Shown here: piece after piece, positions 49,401-61,400 of the stretch
Position numbering within the stretch: position 1 is the stretch's first letter
Layout of the letters: each line of letters begins with the position of its first letter
Source: Bispira polyomma
Lineage: Eukaryota
Direction: 5' to 3'
Length of the DNA: 64,000 nucleotides
NCBI GenBank assembly: GCA_965649765.1
Contig: OZ287751.1
Coordinates: forward strand, 72,602,001-72,666,000
The notes under the pieces: generated by a model
The model's database searches: none
What the model was told of the DNA's origin: nothing
The model's input: only the letters and a program-made list of their open reading frames with translations
Program-made: the position numbers and the translations under genes

Positions 49401-52400
49401 ATAAAATGTCACTTCTATTTTACGGATGCCCTATTATATATTGTACTTTATATGAAATAGCGACATTTTTATACACTGTTCACACACATTTCCCCTAATT
49501 CATGTCTACATTGCCCTAAAATTAGTAAACTTATGCATTCAATTAAGTTTGTTTTCATGCAATTACCTAAAACAAAAAGTGAATTAGAAGTCCCCACAAT
49601 ATTACGATTTCTAAACTGTAATTATGGCACATGTAGCTATATTTCTACCTTTTCTTGATGGCATCACAATATTGTGATAGACGATGACATCCTTATTTGT
49701 AGCTGACCAATGTGTGTTGTATCCCACCAGAACATCATCATGTCCAAGTTAGACAGGAGGAGGAAGGGCGTGTTTGGTCCTCCCATTGGCAAGAAGTGTA
49801 TCGTGTTTGTGGATGACATGAACATGCCAGTCAGAGAGATCTATGGCGCTCAGCCACCCATTGAGTTACTGAGGCAGTATTTTGACCACAAGAACTGGTG
49901 AGTGGCTCTATGTATGGGTGTGTGTGAGTTATTCAGACAGTACTTTGACCATAAAGAAGTAGTTAGTGTATGCGTGTTAGTTTGGTTGTATGTACAGGTG
50001 TGTGTCGGCCACCCATTGAGTTATTCAGACAGTACTTTGACCATAAGGAAGTAGTTAGTGTGTGTGTGTTGGTTTGGTTGTATGTACAGGCGTGTGTCGG
50101 CCACACATTATGTTACTCAGACAGTACTTTAACCATAAAAGGTGTAGTCCATACCTCAGTTAACACATTTCTTTTTTCCTTATCCCTGTAGCCCATACTT
50201 CAGTAAACAACAAGTACCTGGTCACTGTAGTTCATACTATGGCTGGTACATCACTTTAACCCTCCACCTGGGTCAGCAATGACCTAGTGGTTATAAGTGT
50301 CTGCTTTAAAATCATTGGCCTCTCACCTCTCAGGATCGCGAATCCCACAGATTCCTTCTTCATGTGAGAAACTTTGTCAGGCACTTACCATAAGTTGGTG
50401 GTTTACAGTGTACCAACACTGGTTTCCCCCAAGCACTAATCCTTGCCATCGCGATATTACCTAATATGCTGTTGACGTAAGACAGCAATGTAAAACCCAA
50501 ATAAATTCAAATTTACGCCTCCACCATTTCCAGGTATGACCTCAAGGAGACCACTAAGATGGTCCTCCAAGATGTCCAGTTTATGGCGGCCATGGGTCCC
50601 CCTGGTGGTGGACGTAACCCGGTCACCCAGCGCTTTTTGAGACACTTCAACATCGTGGCTATGAATGAGTTCAATGACGACACCATGATCAGAATATTCC
50701 AGACTCTGATGAGTACCTTTCTCAGGGTAAGGCCTCGCTATCTATATTAAACTGTCCCAGTTCCATATTTAATGTCTTTTAATGTTTAAGCATCCCTGCT
50801 CATGATCCAATTTGAAATGGACATCTGACTGGTGTTTTAACATAGTGACCATTTAGAATTTCTGCGACCTTAAAAAAAACGTCTGATTTATTGAAAACTG
50901 TCTGAGATATAGTGATTTTGGGCGGAGTTTTAATTCACTAAGTTTCCTCTTTTAGTACAAGTTGACTTTTGAAAAATTAAAAAAAGTATTTTTTATCCTG
51001 ACTTTTTAAAAAACATTTGATATCTTGATAATAATGTCATATAGAGTGATTTCGGGTTCATTTTCGACTCGCGAGGGTTTATCCTGCAGTATAAGTCAAC
51101 TTTAAAAAAAAATGTTAAAATGCCTGTTATAAAACATCTACAAATATTCTTCTTGTTTTTCTCTTTAAAAACCTTTTCGCAGTTTATGATTTACTGATAT
51201 TGAAATCAAAACTGTTCGTCTCATATTAAACTTGTATAGTCCCAGTTGTGTGTTATTGCTTGTAATATCTCAAATTTACGAGGTATTAACAAGAATTAAA
51301 ATGTTTTGATAGAGAAATTAATAAAAATTGTATTACATTTCTTAGAATAAGCAAACTTATAAGTGTTGCCATTAGAATACAATATTGTTTTGACTTTACC
51401 ATATACATGTATTACAGATAACTGTGACAACTACTATGTGCCTTGAATTATAATTATTATCAGACAAGTATTAGTAAATTTTATTATTGTAAGTTGTGCA
51501 GTTTTTTCTTTCACTTAAAGCGTTGCCACCCAGGAAAGGTAAAGGGTTTATAATGAATTGCATTGATATATTTTATATGTCAGTAGAAAAAGCCTATTTT
51601 TACCACATGTTTGCCTTTTTTATGTGTATAGATAATTTGAAGTAACTTGCCAGGATTTTATGTAATGTGAATGATTAATTTATATTTTTCCTATTTAGTA
51701 ATTTGCTTGAACTTTTTTGAGATTCTCAAGTGAAAAATGTAGAATTTTAGTAGAAAAAAGCAGTAAATTGTGCAATAGTTTGTTGTTCATGTTACAGAGT
51801 TGTAACTGTTGAGAAGTGCATTTTGAAACCTATTAGTTTGTGCATCAGACAATTCCACAGGAGGATTCCTTGTAGTTTGCATTTGTTTGGCTTTTTCTTT
51901 ATTGCATTGGGTGGTATTCACAAAAGGGGCTTCGTTCTAGACATTGTCTGAAATCTAGCACAAAGGTATACTAGATCTAAGACAAAATCGTGGGTCAGCC
52001 ATTTTTTGAATACCGCCCTTGTAGTTTACTATTCCTGTTAGCCCGTAGTTAAATGACAATTTAGTTGTATGTGACAGGAATCATGACCAGATTCATGAAA
52101 GTCCCTCAAAGTTTTATTATCTCTTGTTAAAACCTGCCGGCAGGTTGGAACCCTAGTGGTTTTCTTTAGTTCCTGTATTTTTACCAAGTCACCTACCAAT
52201 TTTTGGTGTTTGCTCTGTGTTTTGAATTTTATTGTTGTAATATTTCATCAAGATATTTTTAAAAATTATTTTCTGCGAGACCAATAAAAATTAGTACATA
52301 AAAAACATTTACCTGTAGTCTGTTGGCAAGAATATGGCACCTGTCTAATGAAATTTACATGTGTATGTCTTTCAGTGGTAATCCATAGTTTGTCAGGTAC

Positions 52401-55400
52401 TTGCCCTATGTCGGTAGTTTACAGTGCTTCAGCACTGGTTTCTTTCACCCTTAAATCTGGCTGTCATATGACCTAACCTGTTAAATTTTATGTAAAACCC
52501 AACAAAAAATTAAAAAAAAAAAATTCATTGGAAACCAAATTATTTTACATTAAGATTTTCACTCTAGAACTGTAAGTTACTTCTAAATATCAGAAACTAA
52601 ATACAGTTAGGGTCACTTATAGTTATAATCATTACAGAATTTCACCAAGTCAGTTTGTTATAGAAAAAAGCAAAATTGACAAATTATTCAAAACTGGAGA
52701 GCTTTTAGTAGTATGGAAAACGTAACAATTATGGAAAATGTGGTCACATTCTACTACAGGAAACCTTGTTTTGTACATACAGTTAATAATAATTACAGTT
52801 GAACCCCTTTATGGCGAACCTCAAGGGACCAGTAGAAATACCTCTACTTAAGCAGGATTTCCACTTAACAGGGTATATTTTAAAATAAAAGGCCTTTCTA
52901 GGACCATAGATTTTGCTCCACATAAAAGAAAAATCGAGTTAACAGAGTTCTACTTAAAGGAGTTCCACTGTACATGCATCTTGTAGTTTCATCATATTTG
53001 CTAATTTCAGATGTAAATGTTGCTTAACCTTCTGTAATTGCCACCTTGTTGGTAAAATGATGGTGTAGTTCTATATATATAGTCAATTTAAAAAAAACGG
53101 TTCATTCCAATTTCCGGTCTAAATATTTCTTTATGTCACAATTAAGATGCTTTACACATAAATGTGACAATACAAACTTTTGTATCTTTGAGATTGAAAT
53201 GTTATTTAATATATATACTCATTTTGGTGGGAGATAACTGCTCTCTAATGTCTAAACAGGGAGAACTGTGCTGTAAGATATATTTTAGGTGATAAGAAGA
53301 AAAGACGAAAGAAGATAAATACTTGTAGTACCAACCCGGTATACACATCAAAAGCCGGGTTGTTTTATTTTTACTATTTTTATTTTCATTCTTGTATAGG
53401 TCAGAAAACTATCAACAACATACAAAACTTCTTTATACAGGGCGAGGGGTGATACAACACATTTTGTCACCAGCTCTGTATCGCACGGCAATACATTGTA
53501 TTTCATGAATAATAAGTTACATTTGCTGACGATGTGAGTGGATTGTTTTTAGGCCCAGGACTTCTCCACAGAATACTTCAGTACAGGGAACATGATAGTC
53601 CAGGCCACCATGGACATGTACAAAGCCGCCATCCAGAACCTCCTGCCCACACCCGCAAAGTCTCACTACGTCTTTAACCTGCGTGACTTCAGCAGGGTCA
53701 TCCTGGGTATCTGTCTGGTGAGGAAAGAACAGGTCACCGAGAAAAGGGTGATGATTAGGTGAGTTGATCATACACAGAGAAAAAGGGTGATGATTAGGTG
53801 ACTTGATTATGCACAGAGAAATGGTGATGATTAGGTGAGTTGATTATACACAGAGAAAGAGGGTCATGATTAGATAAGTTGATTATACACAGAGAAAAGG
53901 GTGACGATTAGTTGAGATAATTATACACAGAGAAAAATGGTGATGATTAGGTGAGTTGATTATACACTGAGAAAGAGAGTGACAATTAGGTGAGTTAATT
54001 ACACACAGGGAAAAAGGGTGATGATTAGGTGAGTTGATTACACACAGAGAAAAGGGGTGATGATTAGGTGAGTTGATTACACACAGAGAAATCAGGTGAT
54101 GATTAGGTGACTTGATTATACACAGTAAAAATGGTGATGCTAATTATACACTGAGAAATGGTGATGATTAGGTGAGTTGATTATACACTGAGAAATGGTG
54201 ATGATTAGGTAAGTTGATTATACACGCAGAAAGAGGGGTCAAAAGTTGTGCTTTAGAAGATACCAAGCATCAATGAATATGCATTAAAATTTCACGACAC
54301 AACACAATATGCTTGGCTTTTTTCATTTTACTCTTTTTGCAGCCCGACATTTGTGTCGTCCTGGGGTATGCATGTATTGGATCCTATAGGGTGGATTTGT
54401 CTCACTTTCATACTTAGGCAATAAAAAAGCATATTTCGAAATTTGAAAAATCCAATATGGCCACCGGGGGGCATCAGGTGTCCCCGCTGATTAAATTTAA
54501 TAAGGAGTAACCTGTTCTACCATTTGCATACATTTAAATCTATTCTCTCTACAGACTGTGGGTCCATGAAGTGATGCGTGTGTTCTATGACCGTCTCATA
54601 GATGAGAAGGACAGACTGTGGCTGTTCAGTAGTGTGAAGAACCTGCTCAACAACCATTTTAAGGAGTCCATAGACAATGTGTTTGAACACTTAGCTAATG
54701 ATGGGAAGGGAGGCAAGCTTGTAGAGGAGGACTTGAGGAGTCTCATGTTTGGGGACTACATGAACACAGATCTGGTGCCAGAAGAAAGGGTGTATGATGA
54801 AGTCAAGAGTCTTGATGACTTCTATAAAGTGGCTGAGACTTGTCTTGAGGAGTATAACAACACGCACAAAAACGGGATGAACCTCGTCATATTCAGGTCA
54901 GTATGTATATGCCATGATCTCACTTAAATTTGAACTTCAACCTTTAAGTGATGATCTTGACCTTGTGAACCTTGTTTGGGCTATTTCTCAGAAACTGTGA
55001 GACGTAGGAAGTTCATATTTTGTACAAATTTTCGTTAAGGGGTGTAGGTGTGCAATGTCAAACATTTTGACCTTGAAGTATTGACTTTGACCTAAAAACC
55101 TTGTCTGGGCTATTCCTAACAAACCGTGAAATGGAGGTAGTTCATATTTGAACCAAGTAGTCATTAGGGGGTGTAGCCATGCAGCATGTATATTTAATTC
55201 ATACCAATTACTACTGTGCATATTTCTTTGTTGTTATTTGCTGTATACACTATATCTTTATTGCTTCACACCCCCTTTGTGGCATTGATTTCTTTAGGTG
55301 TAAAATATTTGATCCAGGCTGTAGAGATTCAGCATTTCTGATTCTATGGATATATAAATTTTCAATGTGAAGCAGAGACATTGAGTACCGATATGTATTC

Positions 55401-58400
55401 AGTCAGAGGCAAAAGTAACTTTATGTACAAGGCAGTTAAGGACTGTAGTAAATAATGAATTAGAAAACAAACATAAAGTTTACCAGTTTCTTAAGTCCGT
55501 ATCCATAATATGTACCTCTATAACATTTAGATTATGTATTCCAGATACGTGTTGGAGCATCTGTCGCGTATTAGTAGAGTCCTGCGGACGCCGGGTGGCA
55601 ATGCCCTGCTGGTGGGTGTGGGAGGTAGCGGACGTCAGTCCCTCACACGACTAGCCACGTCCATGTCAGGCTTAAATCTGTTCCAGCCTGAGATCTCCAA
55701 GAACTACGGTAAGACGGAGTGGCGTGAAGACATCAAGTCCGTGCTGAAGGCATGCGGGGGAGGGGAGAAGACCACCTTCCTGATTACTGACTCCCAGATC
55801 AAAGAGGAGAGCTTCCTGGAGGACATTGATTCTCTCCTCAACACAGGCGAAGTACCAAATCTGTTTGCTGCTGACGAGAAGGCAGAACTTCTGGAGGTTT
55901 GTGATCTATCTCATATGTTACAAAAATACTTGTGTTGTTATAAGACCACCTGTATTAAGTAATTCGACCTACTTGTACCACATACTATAAATAGAGCCAT
56001 TTAACCTCTAGCAACAATTTTAGCCATTACAACATGATTATCGATTTTGTAAGTGACGTAAAACCCCAAACTAAATGTAAGTGTCACCTGACCTGTTTGT
56101 GTACCACAGACTATTAGACCTGCGGCAGTTGAGGCGTCTGGAGACAAGAATGCAGAGTTTACGCCGCTCGCCCTCTTCTCTTTCTTCGTGTCCCGCTGTC
56201 GGGAGAACCTGCACATCATCCTGGCCTTTAGTCCCATAGGAGACTCCTTCAGGAACAGGATGAGGCAGTTTCCCTCGCTCATTAACTGCTGTAACATTGA
56301 CTGGTTCCAGGTAAGCACTTTAGACTGGTTGGGGGGGCTGTCGAAAAGATACTTGGTAAAGATTATAAAGACTAGAAATGTGCAGTGAACACAAGACCTG
56401 AAATTGGGTCTAAGTTCTACTTGTCCATTATCTGGGACCGTAAAGGACTCCAAAGATGGTAGAACATGGGAAAATAGCCTCAAAAATAATTTTTTGATTG
56501 TTTATAACAGTGAAATTTATGGCCTGAGTCTAGTATGCCAGAGTCTTGTCCATTTTTTGCCAAATAAAGTATGTATGTTCAGACTTTATTATTAGAATAA
56601 AAAATACAAATGAGTGTTTTATGCACATTTTAAACGATTGGTGGCGTGGGGGTAATGAGTGCATTAATTCAACTTCAGAGTTGGTTTAAAATGCGCATAA
56701 AACACAAGTTTAAGTATTTTAATCCTATTCTAAAATTATAAACCTTTATAGAGCTTTGTTTCACCTTTTCTGTTCCGTCACACATTTAGGCCTGGCCTGG
56801 CCTGAGGATGCACTAGAGCGTGTTGCCTTTCATGTTTTACCTGACAGTGTAGTCTTTGTTCATCCTAGGCCTGGCCTGAGGATGCCCTGGAGCGTGTAGC
56901 CTACAAGTTCCTAGAACATGTGGAGATTCAGGATGATGAGAAGGATGCCACTGTCCACCTTTGTAAATACTTTGACACCAGCTGTAGAACCTTGTCCGCC
57001 AAGTTCTTGGACAACCTCAGCCGTCACACCTACATCACACCCACCTCATACCTTGAGCTGATTGGTTCATTCAAAAACCTCATCTCCAGCAAACAGGACT
57101 CCACAATGAAGGCCAAGAAAAGATACATTGTGGGGCTGGAAAAACTCGCATTTGCTGCATCTCAGGTAAGGCACATAATGGGGCTTGATTTCTCTTTATA
57201 GGCTGAACTCTTTTTGTGTACTTTACATGCTATGTTTTATGTAATATGTTTTATGTACTATTTTTTGCAGTTATTAAATATAACATATGTACCTGGATTT
57301 AGCATGAACATCTTGCAAGATTTTGGCCTTTGTAATTGTATTTTAGCTGAAAAGTCTGCACCGATATAGCTTACCATAATAAGTTTAGTTTTTTTTTTGC
57401 CTACTGGGCTTTAGTTAATACTATTATGTCGTATTCTTTGTTGTGTACTTGTTGGCAGACATGCAGAAAGAGTGAGAAGACTATTAATATATAATGTGTT
57501 AATGTAGTTCCTGTGTCCATTACTAGATGGCAGAAGTTAGAAGGCTATATGGTAATGTAGTTCTTGTTTCCATTACTAGGTGGCAGGAGTTAAAAGACTA
57601 TGGTAATGTAGTTCCTGTTTCCATTACTAGGTAGCAGAAGGAGTTAGAAGACTATGTGTTAATGTAGTTCCTGTGTACGTCACTAGGTGGCAGAAGGAGC
57701 TAGAAGACTATATGTTAATGTAGTTCCTGTATTCTTCACTAGGTGGCAGGCATGCGGAAGGAGTTAAAAGGCTGTATGTTAATGTAGTTCTTGTATCTCT
57801 CACTAGGTGGCAGACATGCAGAAAGTGTTAGAAGACTATATGTTAATGTAGTTCCTATATCTCTCACTAGGTGGCAAAGGAGTTATAAGCCTGTATGTTA
57901 ATCTAGTTTCTGTATCTCTCACTAGGTGGCAGACATGCAGAAAGAGTTAGAAGACCTACAGCCCCAGCTGGTGACCTCAGCTGAGGAAAATGCCAAGATG
58001 TTGATTGTCATTGACAGAGAGTCTGCAGAAGTGGAGGAAACCAGTAAAACGGTAAATTGTCACAGCCTTCTGTTTGTAATATGTAGGGCTGGGATTGATC
58101 AGTCGAGGCTTGTTATATGAGTCCATCTTTACCAGTACTCGGGTGTATCATACTCTAACTCATTTCCTTAAAAATGTTCGATTATCACTTATGTAATGTT
58201 ACTGTTAATATATATAAAAGTCCTTATAAATCCACATATCTGCCCAGTAATATCAATACATGAGTTTTTATATAATAATCATTAATTTAGAATATTTTTT
58301 AGTAACCTCCCATAATATGTAAGATGGCTCGGGCTTTAGGTTTGAGGTTTTATATTCAGTTACCAGTCCATCAGCTGATGTAGTAAATGTATATTAACAT

Positions 58401-61400
58401 AATAAACTCTTTGCTATCAAAATGTCTCCTATTTGAGTATTTTGAATTTACTGAGCCATTTAAGCATGCTAACCTTGTTTTACCCATACATTAGACATCT
58501 CTACCTATTATTGTAGGTGAGAGTGGAGGAGGCAGTTGCCAATGAGCAGGCTGCTTCGGCTCAGGCTCTGAAGGATGAGTGTGAGGCTGAACTGGCTGAG
58601 GCCATCCCTGCCCTGGAGGCTGCTATAGCTGCCCTGGACACTCTCAAGGTAAGAACACTGACAGCATGCTGCTATAGCTACCCTGGACACTCTTAAGGTA
58701 ATAAAACTGACAGCATGCATGCTGCTATAGCTGCCCTGGACACTCTCAAGGTAACAACACTGACAGCATGCTGCTATAGCTGCCCTGGACACTCTTCAAG
58801 GTAACAACACTGACAGCATGCTGCTATAGCTGCCCTGGACACTCTCAAAGTACCAACAATGACAGCATTCATGCTGCTAATGTGACCTTTTTTATGTCAA
58901 ATTTTAACAGGAAAGTCACAAAGGAGTTGCAACAGTCCAATCTGCTATTTACAAGGGCATTAGCCTACAGAGTGGCTGTATTATAGTCATTTATAATAAA
59001 ACAAACTTAATATACCACGCTTACAACATAACAAGGACTTTACCTTGATTATGGATTATGACTGTTGTATACATATTATAGTCATGAACTAGGAACCCTG
59101 CAGTCCACATGTGTGTTAGTTTTGTAATATTTGACCAGTATATGTAGATTTAGTAGTATTGTTTCCATACAATAGCAGTGTCTGTTTTGTGTTTCAGCCT
59201 TCTGATATAACCATTGTGAAGTCGATGAAGAGTCCGCCAGCTGGTGTCAAACTCGTGATGGCGGCTGTCTGTGTGATGAAGGAAGTCAAACCGGAGAAAA
59301 TCAATGATCCAAACAACCCAGGACAAAAGGTACACAGTGCCGGTTAGAAAAGTAATGATTTGCTTCTATAGCACAACAATCCATGTCTATGGCGCATATC
59401 ATCTCAAGCAAATTCAAAGGTATAATCCAATAGGAAGAAAATGGTTGTAATCAGAGTTCCGTCGTAACAAGCAGATGAATGTTAAGGCAGAAAAGTGAGT
59501 TGATACAGATGTGTTTGGAGTTTTTTCCCCTGGTGATGTTATCGAGAGATAACACGTGAATAATAAGTAGGCTGATTGCTGCACATGGACTGTCTTAAGA
59601 AAAAGGACATTTACTTTGAATTTTGTATGGTATTCAGTCGGTTTTTGAAGCACATGAGCTGTGTGTGAATGCAGACCAGCATGGCATACAAGTCTGCAGA
59701 GATTGTTGTGAATTTTAGTAATATTATTACAAAGATTACATCTGTTTGTAAATTCTCTTTCAGGGTAAAATATTTTGTGACGCCATCATTGATTCAATCC
59801 TCGTCTGAAAAAAACATAGCATCTACTTATCGACGAGTTGTTTGACAAATAAACAGGTATTATTTGTTTATTGTATGTGTTAAGAATCTCTTGTGGTAAG
59901 GTGTGTTAATGTTGGTCCACTGTCTTTGTTCACAGATCATGGATTTCTGGGGACCCTCGAAGAAGATGCTGGGTGACATGAAGTTTCTGGCTGATCTCAA
60001 AGAATACGACAAAGATAACATCCCAGTAAGTATTCTTCTTATGTCAGCATTAAGAAAAGAGAACTAATAATTAAAGTCAAAGAAAATTTAACTAGATTAC
60101 CTTTACTTATTGATTGAGAATATGAAGATCTGGAGTCGTACGTTCGAGTTATGGCCACTCGACCGTGGCATATTTGTGAAAATGTTGGCAGTAGACTTTC
60201 TGAATGCGGATGGTTTGCAGTGCCAAACACCTCGACAAACCTCCCTGTACTGCTTTCCTCTACAAATATACTTCCTGTCAGGATATAATACACAATTGCT
60301 GAACGCATCTATAAAAATAAAACTGAAAATTGACTGACTAAAATGTAAAATTTTATTAGTAAAAATAAAATGTTTTTTGACCACTGATAACTTGGTTTAT
60401 TGATTAGTGATTACAAACTCGCTTTTTTGTGTCTATGTGCAAACATTTGTCTGACTGGTGACTAGGATTGTCCAATTATAGACCAATCTTAGGATGAATG
60501 GCCAAATGGAAGAAAATTATCTTAGAAATAAGATGAGATACTCCTAGTCATGCAATGTTATAAAATATGTATAACCGAAAGTGCAATAGACGTTTTTATA
60601 ATGTTATCTACAATCATTGTTCTAATTGTGATGTTCCTTAACAGAATATAAATAACATTCCCCCAGGTGCCTGTGATGACCAAGATCCGTAAGGAGTTCT
60701 GTACAAACCCAGACTTTGACCCTAACAAGGTGGCCAACGCTTCCTCTGCTGCTGAGGGCTTGTGTAAGTGGGTGCTCTCCATGGAGATCTACGATAGGGT
60801 GGCCAAGGTAAGCAAAGACACTCCCAACTATTTAATACACTAGAACCTGTATTAGCCAAACTTGTTGTAATAGAGAGCAATGTTTTGATAATAGAAGGTT
60901 GGTAAAATAGAAGAGAGATTTTAGTGTAAACCATCAATTTGGGAGAGTCAGAATGAGTTCATAAAATCAAATATTCATAAAACACAAGTTTGGACAATAG
61001 AGGTTCCACTGTCCCTTAGAACTGTCTAAACCTATTGGGAGAGCAACAATTTGTTTTGGAAAATGGGAAGTTTACAAGGTAGAAGAGATATTTAAAAAAT
61101 CGGAACAAAAAACAGAAATTTGTAAAATGGAAAAGTAAAAGTTGTAAAGGTTCCTAATATTGAATATTTAGCTGATGGAAATTTGAATAGTAAGAGGGTC
61201 TATGACACTTTTTCTTGTATAAATAAATTGCTCCGTCTGGTTTTAGGAACAGTAGAACCTCTATTATCTGAACATCTAGGAAAAGTAAAAATGTATTTGG
61301 GTAATAGAATGTACCTAAAATGGAAAAGATGTTTTAGTATTAAGCATTAGAAATATAGAAATTCAGGAGGGTGAAATTTGGATAATAAAATTGACTGTAG

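Noticed and set aside
39593-55896. Non-canonical P-loops GEPFGSKT (AAA2) and GVGGSGRQ (AAA4) as signs of pseudogenisation
   Set aside because: Such degenerate AAA2/AAA4 P-loops are normal in this group of axonemal dyneins; AAA1 and AAA3 are canonical and the frame is intact.
17715-58878. Junction arrays as pure assembly artefacts
   Set aside because: Copies carry unit-specific substitutions, indels and higher-order patterns across a wide range of divergence, which consensus errors would not produce; raw-read confirmation is still advisable.
17715-58878. Unit lengths mostly not multiples of three (80, 49, 55, 92, 47, 43, 94, 74, 118) as evidence of selection for NMD
   Set aside because: Two thirds are expected to be non-3n by chance and the sample is too small; needs genome-wide counts.
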